35,883 nucleotides of DNA, from IMG/VR virus record IMGVR_UViG_3300020045_004878, positions 1-35,883 of that record, one strand, 5' to 3'. Of the stretch, positions 25,836 through 32,448 are shown piece after piece. How positions within the stretch are numbered: position 1 is the first letter of the stretch; each line of letters starts with the position of its first letter. Origin of the DNA: a virus. Lineage: Duplodnaviria; Caudoviricetes. Made by a program: the position numbers and the translations under genes. The notes beneath the pieces are model-generated. The model did not search any database. It was not told the origin of the DNA and saw nothing but the letters and a program-made list of their open reading frames with translations.

Positions 25836-26377
25836 GGCGTCAACGCCACACCGTTTTTCGTCAACGCTTCCATCACAGTTGGAATCAAGTCCGGTCCAAC
25901 TGTTTCGAGTAGCTTACCGATTAACCCACTCGCCATGTCGCTTCCGCCAGGAGTCTTTGCGAGCAAGCCGATCGCCTGCGCCGCCCCGTCAATCAGCTTA
26001 CCAGCCACTTCTTTTTGAGCGGCAATCTGCTGTAGGTAGATTTCTTGTTGCGCCGTCGTAAGAGCAAGGTATAGCTCCTTGTTCTCTGCGATTCGTTGGT
26101 TCTCGACCGTCATCGTCGAGGACCAATTCTGGTCGAACTCGTCCATCTTCAACGTGAACGAGTTGGAGGCTTTGTCGTAGGTGACAAGCCATCCTTTGCC
26201 GCTCAAGTCGGTCAGGGGGACTTCGGCTTTCGCGCCGAACCACGTCCTGCTTACCTTCGCGGTCCGGTCCTTCTGTGACCCGACCCCAAACGCCTCGGCG
26301 GGCGAGTCCAGCTTCATGCTGCACCCATGCAAGCAACCGCTCACCGCGAGCAACAATAAGCCTAGCGTTAGTTTCAT
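25832..26377 (-). CDS. Putative lipoprotein
   Basis: MKLTLGLLLLAVSGC lipobox; SD gaaagg; helical C-terminus. Confidence 0.65.
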   Translation of the reverse strand: MKLTLGLLLLAVSGCLHGCSMKLDSPAEAFGVGSQKDRTAKVSRTWFGAKAEVPLTDLSGKGWLVTYDKASNSFTLKMDEFDQNWSSTMTVENQRIAENKELYLALTTAQQEIYLQQIAAQKEVAGKLIDGAAQAIGLLAKTPGGSDMASGLIGKLLETVGPDLIPTVMEALTKNGVALTP

Positions 26378-26445
26378 ATCAAACCTTTCAAAGAAGCCGG
26401 GGTTTAGCGTGGTTATCCGGCACCACGGTCCGAGGTAGCTATCGG

Positions 26446-26535
26446 CTAGGCGGGCGTTGCGCCGAACAATGCCAAGATTCCCTCGAGCGCACCCGTCACG
26501 AACAACAGCCAAAGCCCTACCAAAAGTTCCAGCAT
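26446..26535 (-). CDS. 29-aa hydrophobic peptide (not in the ORF track)
   Basis: Translated by hand: MLELLVGLWLLFVTGALEGILALFGATPA. Confidence 0.5.
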   Translation of the reverse strand: MLELLVGLWLLFVTGALEGILALFGATPA

Positions 26536-26588
26536 AACAACTCGCTTTCTGCGGCCAAACCGCGAACAGACAATCTTACGCGAGCCGC

Positions 26589-26816
26589 CTACGGTTTCCA
26601 CGCGGCCCGCAACCAAAGAAGCAATCCATCAACCGAAGCAAGAAATACCAGCAACCACCAGTCGCCGCCCGTGGATGGAGGCGGCGACAGCGGCAACACC
26701 GGCGGATAGGAAATATAATCGAGATACGACCGCGCACCTGGATCGGATGGGTCGTCTGTTGCCATTGCCACGGTACACGCCAGCAACAATACGCCGATCA
26801 TCAATAACTTCTTCAT
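26589..26816 (-). CDS. Small secreted protein with C-terminal membrane anchor
   Basis: Signal peptide MKKLLMIGVLLLACTVAMA; PPPSTGG followed by a hydrophobic tail; SD ggag. Confidence 0.6.
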   Translation of the reverse strand: MKKLLMIGVLLLACTVAMATDDPSDPGARSYLDYISYPPVLPLSPPPSTGGDWWLLVFLASVDGLLLWLRAAWKP

Positions 26817-26893
26817 CGCAATTCTCCGTTACCAACTATCCGGTATAGACATCGACCACGCTTTGATTGTTCGGGGTTCCTTGCGCCCGGCGT

Positions 26894-27178
26894 TCATGTC
26901 CGCACCAGCTTCGCGTCCCACTCCTTGACGCAGCGGGCCTCTAGGTCGATCGTATGAATCGAACCGCGCCAGTCGATAACGCTCACGCGGAGTTCATTCA
27001 GTTCGGCACTGCGGTCAAAATATGCGGCTGCCTGTTGGGCGGCATCTACCGGACCATTGGCTTTGAGAATATGCACGCCATCTTTAGGCGTGCTACCGTC
27101 GAGCCATTTGACCCAATATTCGCCACCGCGAAGTCCAATGCGTCTCGCGCGATCCTCGTCAACAAAACAACCGCTCAT
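26894..27178 (-). CDS. Hypothetical protein
   Basis: ATG at 27178 coupled (TGATG) to the upstream stop; SD ggagg. Confidence 0.55.
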   Translation of the reverse strand: MSGCFVDEDRARRIGLRGGEYWVKWLDGSTPKDGVHILKANGPVDAAQQAAAYFDRSAELNELRVSVIDWRGSIHTIDLEARCVKEWDAKLVRT

Positions 27179-27711
27179 CACCAATCCTCCGGTATCGACA
27201 TTTCCAACGCCTTGATTGTGCGGGGCTGTTCGCGCCCGCTTTTCAGTTTGTCCCATTCAGGACCGTCTGGGTACAACGGGATTATATCTTCGGCGTTTTG
27301 GCCGGGCCTAACGCTGTAAAGACCAGACTGACGCGGAAAGCCCGTGACGTGCGTGTGGCCTGCGACTCGACAGCCGAGATTGCGCACAACCTGATTCGCA
27401 AACTCAATTCCCTTGCTCCCGTACCAAACGCTGCACATGCGGAACCACACAAGAGAATCTTTGTTCAGCAAGGCGGAGAATGCAAGGGCGAACGTTTGTG
27501 TAAGCGGCATATCTGCCATGAGCGGCCTGCCTGGTTGCCCGTGGCCCCAGAATTGAATCTCATCCCACTTCGCGATGTTGGCTTGCAGCTTCAAAAACGC
27601 ATCGTACCAAGACGAGGCCGCGATTCGCACATAGCCCTTGCGTCGTGATCCGAGCCTGTAGCCAAGCCCGTTCAATCCGCCGACCGTGCTGTCAAAAACG
27701 ATTGCTTTCAT
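27178..27711 (-). CDS. DUF4347-like / caspase-fold putative cysteine peptidase
   Basis: EIQFWGHGQPG ... LVWFRMCSV ... GCRVAGHT: His-Gly and Cys dyad spacing of clan CD-like folds. Confidence 0.55.
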   Translation of the reverse strand: MKAIVFDSTVGGLNGLGYRLGSRRKGYVRIAASSWYDAFLKLQANIAKWDEIQFWGHGQPGRPLMADMPLTQTFALAFSALLNKDSLVWFRMCSVWYGSKGIEFANQVVRNLGCRVAGHTHVTGFPRQSGLYSVRPGQNAEDIIPLYPDGPEWDKLKSGREQPRTIKALEMSIPEDW

Positions 27712-28163
27712 CGCCCGTTGCCGTTCTGTCCGATCTGTTGCCCAACCCGCATTCCTACGAGGCCACTGATAATTGTGTTGAGCATCGTCATCATCGGCGT
27801 ATCCATCCCCTCCTTAAACACCACGATAAACGCACCAATCATCGCTACGAAGCCGATGACGTATGGTGGTGTCCATTGCGCCGCGTAATTGCCAGTTGGG
27901 CCACTAGCATAAGGCCCATGCCCAGGCCCATCAGACACATCGCTGTCCCGAACGCTATCACCACCGTTCCCGGCTCGAACCATAAGCGCGGAGCCTCGTC
28001 GCCAGCCGCGTAAGCCGAAAGCGCGAGGAAAGCCCGCGAACACACCAGAAAGCCAAGCCACCACGCCATCCACGCCTTCCATTCGGCCCACGAAACTTGC
28101 CGGAACGCTTGCCACGGGTGCATGATCCATGCCCACATCGGTAGTCCTCCAGATACTCGACAT
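27708..28163 (-). CDS. Membrane protein (C-terminal two hydrophobic segments); 5' part may not be coding in this frame
   Basis: SD aggagg at 28169-28174; C-term YVIGFVAMIGAFIVVF and MLNTIISGLVGM; ATGA overlap with the downstream gene. Confidence 0.45.
   Translation of the reverse strand: MSSIWRTTDVGMDHAPVASVPASFVGRMEGVDGVVAWLSGVFAGFPRAFGLRGWRRGSALMVRAGNGGDSVRDSDVSDGPGHGPYASGPTGNYAAQWTPPYVIGFVAMIGAFIVVFKEGMDTPMMTMLNTIISGLVGMRVGQQIGQNGNGR
27845..28138 (-). CDS. Trp-rich membrane protein overlapping the previous ORF
   Basis: SD ggagg at 28146-28150; two hydrophobic segments. Confidence 0.45.
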   Translation of the reverse strand: MWAWIMHPWQAFRQVSWAEWKAWMAWWLGFLVCSRAFLALSAYAAGDEAPRLWFEPGTVVIAFGTAMCLMGLGMGLMLVAQLAITRRNGHHHTSSAS

Positions 28164-28241
28164 ATCGACCTCCTGAACATGCCATCCATTGCAACCACTT
28201 TTCCGGCCATACGCAAGCGGCCTCTAGGCTTCAATGTCATT

Positions 28242-28559
28242 TCAGGAGTCCTCATGTACGCGATTTTGGGATTCGGCCAGGGCGTCGAGGGCGGCGATCT
28301 TGCCCGCAATCATCGTCATCATCTGTTGCCTTACGGAAATGTCTACGCCGCAAATGGCCCGCTCGGCTGCGAATAACACCTCGCACAATGTCGCCCGATT
28401 CGCTACCCGAATCTCGGCCTCGACGGCACCCGCTACATGGAGCCATATCCTACGCTCGCTTGTGAGGGCATCTTCCCATTCGGCAGAAGAATCTTCGCAT
28501 TCCGCCGCCGCGCCGAACAGCAATTTCGCCCGTTCCTCAATCAATTCCTGCGCGGTCAT
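28242..28559 (-). CDS. Hypothetical protein
   Basis: 105 aa helical ORF. Confidence 0.55.
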   Translation of the reverse strand: MTAQELIEERAKLLFGAAAECEDSSAEWEDALTSERRIWLHVAGAVEAEIRVANRATLCEVLFAAERAICGVDISVRQQMMTMIAGKIAALDALAESQNRVHEDS

Positions 28560-28613
28560 GGCTCAATCCCCAGGATGCGGCAAGCGCTGGCGACGATGGG
28601 GGTTTTGCTCATT

Positions 28614-29060
28614 TCAATCCCCCGAATGCTGCAATCGTGTCGCCTCGAGGATCGGCAAATTCGCTTCGGTGGGAACGTAAATCACATGCCCGGAAGCGGC
28701 TAACTCTTGAATCCAAAGGTAGTGAAGATACGCTTCGTTCCCTTGTAAACTTTCGCCGATGATCTTGTTCGCCTCGGCCACGCCCTTTGCTCGCTCCACT
28801 TCCGCATAGGCCAACAGAGTCGCCGACTCGTGCTTGGCTTGCGCTTCGGCAACTGCAATTTGTCGGTTCTGGTTAGCTTTAGCCAGTTCGGCGCGACCAG
28901 CCATTTCCTGCTGCCAGACCGCGTATCGCGGTACTCCGTAGCACCCTCCAGCAATCATCCCGACGAGCAATAGGAACCCCATACCCAATAACACTAGACT
29001 CTTCACAATGTTCTCCTTCTGCACAATGTTCTCCTTCTGCACAATGTTCTCCTTCTGCAC
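28614..29060 (-). CDS. Band 7/SPFH-related small membrane protein (four possible in-frame GTG starts)
   Basis: N-terminal TM; GRAELA..NRQI..EAQAK..AEVERAKGVAEANKIIG.SL..YLHYLWI..VIYVPTEANLPILEA. Confidence 0.7.
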   Translation of the reverse strand: MQKENIVQKENIVQKENIVKSLVLLGMGFLLLVGMIAGGCYGVPRYAVWQQEMAGRAELAKANQNRQIAVAEAQAKHESATLLAYAEVERAKGVAEANKIIGESLQGNEAYLHYLWIQELAASGHVIYVPTEANLPILEATRLQHSGD

Positions 29061-29075
29061 AATGTTCTCCTTCTG
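29004..29075 (-). repeat. Perfect tandem repeat, 4 x 18 bp (minus strand cagaaggagaacattgtg)
   Basis: Copies at 29004, 29022, 29040 and 29058; each unit is SD + 6 nt + GTG. Confidence 0.95.
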
Positions 29076-29090
29076 CGGCCCGCTGCCGCG

Positions 29091-29321
29091 TTATCGCTTG
29101 GCTCTCTTGTGTCCGCTCGCCGTGGCTCTCGCTCGGCCAATTGCGATACTGGCCTCAAAAAGATTTCGGCGCAAACGGAAAAACTCGTCTAGCCAGTTCC
29201 CCCAAGCCGCAATGTTGGGCATCAGTGTATCCGCATCCGTCGTAAACTTCGGATTCGTCCGCACTTTCGCGCCTCCGATTTTCTTGTACGTTGCCTTCCT
29301 TGTCGTCTTACGCCTTGCCAT
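29091..29321 (-). CDS. Basic hypothetical protein
   Basis: 76 aa, Lys/Arg-rich termini. Confidence 0.55.
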   Translation of the reverse strand: MARRKTTRKATYKKIGGAKVRTNPKFTTDADTLMPNIAAWGNWLDEFFRLRRNLFEASIAIGRARATASGHKRAKR

Positions 29322-29322
29322 T

Positions 29323-29616
29323 TCATTTTCCTTTCACCGTAAACACGGAAACATCAACCAAATCCACGTCATCATCCCCGTCGCGGTCCTGCGGGCCGCA
29401 ATCACGATACCAGCACACACCGCCGGTCAAGGGGTCAATCAATTCATCAACTACAATATCTTCGCACTTCAACAGCCGATACTCCCAGGGCTTGCCCGGC
29501 CCCGTCATGCACTGAACCAGCTTGCTCGCGTCTGGCCGCGTCCGCGATGAGGTTGCTCTCGCGGCTTGCGGTGCATGGCAACCGGCGAGAATAAGCAAGG
29601 CAACGGCGGGTTTCAT
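29323..29616 (-). CDS. Lipoprotein with a dockerin/EF-hand-like Ca-binding loop
   Basis: MKPAVALLILAGC lipobox; CMTGPG and DRDGDDDVDLVD motifs. Confidence 0.6.
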   Translation of the reverse strand: MKPAVALLILAGCHAPQAARATSSRTRPDASKLVQCMTGPGKPWEYRLLKCEDIVVDELIDPLTGGVCWYRDCGPQDRDGDDDVDLVDVSVFTVKGK

Positions 29617-29769
29617 TGTTTCGTGCACTCTGGACAATGTTTCTTGTGAGCTACCATGCAGCAGTCCAGATGATCGGGGCACGGACACGGCACGAAGCCC
29701 GTATCGTCGCACCGGATACACTTGACCTTGACGCTCTGGCCCGCCGCAACGTTCGCAGGTTTGGCTCAT
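29613..29769 (-). pseudogene. Probable Cys-rich zinc-finger gene split by a 1-nt frameshift near 29742
   Basis: MSQTCERCGG in one frame, continuing as QSVKVKCIRCDDTGFVPCPCPDHLDCCMVAHKKHCPECTKQ-stop in the +1 frame, ending with an ATGA overlap. Confidence 0.4.
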
Positions 29770-29782
29770 CGTTTTCCTTTCG

Positions 29783-30058
29783 TCATGCGGCACCTGTCGC
29801 GGGCCATTCTCTGATCCACAAGCGGCCGGGAATGCGGCCACGCTGGCCGGAGAATCGAGCCGAATCTTGTTTCACAAAACACGGGACACACGCCGCGCGG
29901 CACTGATCTACAATCGACTCAATCCATTCGATCTTGCATGGTCGGAAGTTAGGCCCGCTCTCTCCACCTACGACAACCCACCCAATGCGACTCTGTTGCA
30001 GGCGGTCGTAGTGCACGTTGCTATCGGACCACGCGATGCCAAACGCATCAAGGTCCAC
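29783..30058 (-). pseudogene. C-terminal fragment of a DUF5131 (phage Gp37/Gp68) protein
   Basis: IGWVVVGGESGP..RP..EWIESIVDQCRAACVPCFVKQ..REWP; N-terminal Cys-motif domain absent. Confidence 0.7.
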
Positions 30059-30071
30059 TCCTTGTTTGAGT

Positions 30072-30224
30072 TCACGCCTTCCTCTTTCGCTTCTTCGGCT
30101 TTACCCACTTGGGCCATGTAGTCGAGCCGTGCCGCGATAGCCCCCATGTCAGAAATGGCATACGAAAATCAATGACTCGGTTGCAATACGGGCAAGTTGT
30201 ACAAAAGTCAGAGGTTGCGTTCAT
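30072..30224 (-). CDS. Small hypothetical protein (CPYC motif)
   Basis: ATGA overlap at 30224; MNATSDFCTTCPYC. Confidence 0.45.
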   Translation of the reverse strand: MNATSDFCTTCPYCNRVIDFRMPFLTWGLSRHGSTTWPKWVKPKKRKRKA

Positions 30225-30403
30225 TTGCGCGCCTTTGCCCGCTTCTTCGGCTTCGGCAGGATTTCGATGGCCATGACGGGGATGATTTGTTGTGCACCCC
30301 ATGCAGGAGCGCGCCTCTGCTCCCGATGGCCGCTGATGAGCGCGCCTCTTTCGGTAGTCAACAACCACAGCTTCCAACGCCTTGGCTTTCTAGGTTTTTT
30401 CAT
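30221..30403 (-). CDS. Small basic hypothetical protein
   Basis: ATGA-coupled on both sides. Confidence 0.5.
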   Translation of the reverse strand: MKKPRKPRRWKLWLLTTERGALISGHREQRRAPAWGAQQIIPVMAIEILPKPKKRAKARK

Positions 30404-30666
30404 GCGATACCCTTTGATGTCGCGTACTCGATCAACCTATCTGGCGGATAGTCGTCCTGGTGCAAGCCGTACTTATTCTTGAGCGCGGCAAGCCTGCCGG
30501 GATAAAGTTTTTCGCATGCCGTCATGGCCGCGCACAAGGCACAAGTAAAGTCAGCGCGCGGACCACACCAACATAGCCCCTTACACCGAAGGGGTGATAC
30601 GATGATTCTAGCGAACTCGTGGACAAGTTTTTCGGCGGTATCGAGTTCTTTGCGTTTACGTTTCAT
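30400..30666 (-). CDS. Hypothetical protein
   Basis: SD ggagg; ATGA coupling. Confidence 0.55.
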   Translation of the reverse strand: MKRKRKELDTAEKLVHEFARIIVSPLRCKGLCWCGPRADFTCALCAAMTACEKLYPGRLAALKNKYGLHQDDYPPDRLIEYATSKGIA

Positions 30667-31187
30667 ACACTCCTCCGGCTCACGCGATCCTGTTTACTCG
30701 GAACTACCGGATAATGTTTTCGCGCAATGTCGGCGCATTGCTTTAACGTCTTGCTTCTGGCGGCGTTGGCGGCGTAGGCGGCGTTGGCGGCGTAGGAGGC
30801 GTTGGCGGCGGCGTAGGAGGCGTAGGCGACGGGGTCGTAGGCGGCGTAGGCGGAGGCGTTGGCGGCGTCCCTTACTTTCTGCGTGTCGTTGTGTTCACCC
30901 CTTGCCCATGCTTCCGCGCACTCAATGGCTCGCAATGGACGCAACTCGTCCGGTTGAGCGTACACCAGTGCAAGCCTAGCGCATTCGCACGCACAGAGGA
31001 CCAATGGACGGCGGGCATCCGACCACGGCTCACCTGCCAGCTTGCCGCACCACCACAGCATCCAATCTCCGCGTTCACACGCATCCCACGCGGCCTGGAA
31101 GGTGGGGTAGCCACGCGCCCATTCGACTGCATCGGAGCAAGCATTCAATTCTACAAGTTGTTCAATCCACTCTTGTTTTGTCGTCAC
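30663..31187 (-). CDS. Imm5-like helical protein with an Ala/Tyr/Asn low-complexity repeat
   Basis: LNACSDAVEW, WDACERGDWMLW, ACECARLAL, RPLRAIECAEAW, (AAYAAN)n tract at about 30757-30868; GTG start with SD aggag. Confidence 0.65.
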   Translation of the reverse strand: MTTKQEWIEQLVELNACSDAVEWARGYPTFQAAWDACERGDWMLWWCGKLAGEPWSDARRPLVLCACECARLALVYAQPDELRPLRAIECAEAWARGEHNDTQKVRDAANASAYAAYDPVAYASYAAANASYAANAAYAANAARSKTLKQCADIARKHYPVVPSKQDRVSRRSV

Positions 31188-31363
31188 GACCGCTCCTGTT
31201 TTCGTTTCCAAGCCTCGACTTCGCTCGACCGATACCGCAATTTCCCGTCTTTCCACGTCGGCTTCGGAAAGTCGGCCCGCTTGTGTAGTTCCCTTGCGTA
31301 GAATGTTCCGCGTCCAAAACCCAACAGGTCACACACGCCTTCAATTGTAATCCACTGCCTCAT
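31184..31363 (-). CDS. AlpA/excisionase-like winged HTH protein (59 aa, not in the ORF track)
   Basis: Translated by hand: MRQWITIEGVCDLLGFGRGTFYARELHKRADFPKPTWKDGKLRYRSSEVEAWKRKQERS. Confidence 0.75.
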   Translation of the reverse strand: MRQWITIEGVCDLLGFGRGTFYARELHKRADFPKPTWKDGKLRYRSSEVEAWKRKQERS

Positions 31364-31365
31364 GT

Positions 31366-31398
31366 TTGTAGCCTACAATACGGATGTATAGTTGTCAA
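31366..31398 (-). promoter_or_regulatory. Sigma70 promoter with an overlapping palindromic operator, leaderless
   Basis: TTGACA (31393-31398), 17 nt, TAGGCT (31370-31375), 6 nt, ATG; palindrome ttgtag-c-ctacaa at 31366-31378; A/T tract upstream. Confidence 0.7.
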
Positions 31399-31437
31399 GC
31401 GCACACCGCGAATTATTTTTCCGCCCGGACGCGGGGG

Positions 31438-32448
31438 CTAGGCCCCTCTAAAGCCCGGCCAATCTGCCACGATCAGCCCGCCGCCGTCGCGGATACGATC
31501 CACGATGTCAGGGCCGACCTGTTCGGTAAATGCCGCTTCATCTAGGTTTGCAATCAGGAGCGTCGCGTCCCTGTGGTCGTATCGCCGGTCGATTACATGG
31601 GTCAGTAGACGATCCTCCCATTCAGACCCACCACGGCGGTCTGCGTTGTCGAGAACTAGAAACTTAGGCTGAACCATGTCTCGCATAACTGTTTGCTCAT
31701 TGGAATCGCCTTCGTGGAACGTGGCCCGCACTTGAAGAAAAAAATCCATTGCTTTAAGGTAAAGGCCGACGAGATCGCCTATCCGTCCAGGCGGATGCCA
31801 AGTATCGCATGCGCGATAGATCAGATCGGCGGACATTTGAGTTTTCCCGTTTCCGCGATTGCCGATCAGCGCAATCAAACCGCCCGCCCTTATGATGTCC
31901 CACGCGATCTCTCGCTTGGCGATCCACTCCGGCGGCCCCGTGAACTTGTTTACGTTTTCGCGGTGACGGACAGGAACGCCGGAAGCGCGCCAGTACAGGT
32001 CGGTTGTTTCGCTCCACGCCTCGGCCTTGCGACGGCCCTCCAATTCGCCCTCGCGTCGCTTGGCCTCATCCAATATCGTTTCATCGGAGGCATCAACAGG
32101 TAATCCAAACTCCAAGCGCAGAACTTCTATCCGTTGCCTTCTTTGGCGGTCACTCTCAGCCTTGCGTTGTCGTTCTATCTCTGCCGCCTTTGCTTGTTCT
32201 TCTTCGCGTCGTCGTTCCGCCTCTTCGGCGCGAAGTTTGCAGCGGGCCGCAAGTGCCTCGGACGCCTTCTGGCGAGCCTTCTCGATGTCCGCCATTGTCG
32301 CATCCTCCGGCAATCCATACCGAACACAGGTTAGCCGGTGAAGTTGTTGGTCAGAGGCGAGGTAAGGGCTTGATAGGTTCGGGGAACTCTTTTGCCCGTT
32401 GCTCTCGCCTACGACGGTCTGCATCGCTTTCCCGATTGTTTCCACCAT
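31438..32448 (-). CDS. DnaC/IstB-like AAA+ ATPase (helicase loader)
   Basis: Walker A GNRGNGKT, Walker B FLVLDN, VIDRRY..TLLIANL, IVDRIRDGG; follows the initiator. Confidence 0.85.
   Translation of the reverse strand: MVETIGKAMQTVVGESNGQKSSPNLSSPYLASDQQLHRLTCVRYGLPEDATMADIEKARQKASEALAARCKLRAEEAERRREEEQAKAAEIERQRKAESDRQRRQRIEVLRLEFGLPVDASDETILDEAKRREGELEGRRKAEAWSETTDLYWRASGVPVRHRENVNKFTGPPEWIAKREIAWDIIRAGGLIALIGNRGNGKTQMSADLIYRACDTWHPPGRIGDLVGLYLKAMDFFLQVRATFHEGDSNEQTVMRDMVQPKFLVLDNADRRGGSEWEDRLLTHVIDRRYDHRDATLLIANLDEAAFTEQVGPDIVDRIRDGGGLIVADWPGFRGA

Noticed and set aside
22315-26018. Long + strand ORFs in the minus-strand arm (e.g. 22315-22932, 25173-26018)
   Set aside because: Antisense to better-supported genes or elements, no recognisable motifs; expected in GC-rich DNA
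29004-29075. Possible CRISPR array
   Set aside because: Units are contiguous with no spacers, only 18 bp long, and no cas genes are present
26547-29080. Recurring ggccgcagaa upstream of two small membrane-protein starts (about 26547-26556 and 29071-29080)
   Set aside because: Only 10 bp in two copies, and opposite in orientation to the 15-bp repeats; cannot be separated from chance without a motif statistic
30524-30979. Arg-rich + strand ORF (RRRWRRRR)
   Set aside because: Antisense shadow of the Ala/Tyr repeat in the minus-strand gene 30663-31187
31162-31344. 60-aa ORF from the track (MKACVTCW...)
   Set aside because: The overlapping frame 31184-31363 gives a recognisable HTH protein with promoter and coupling
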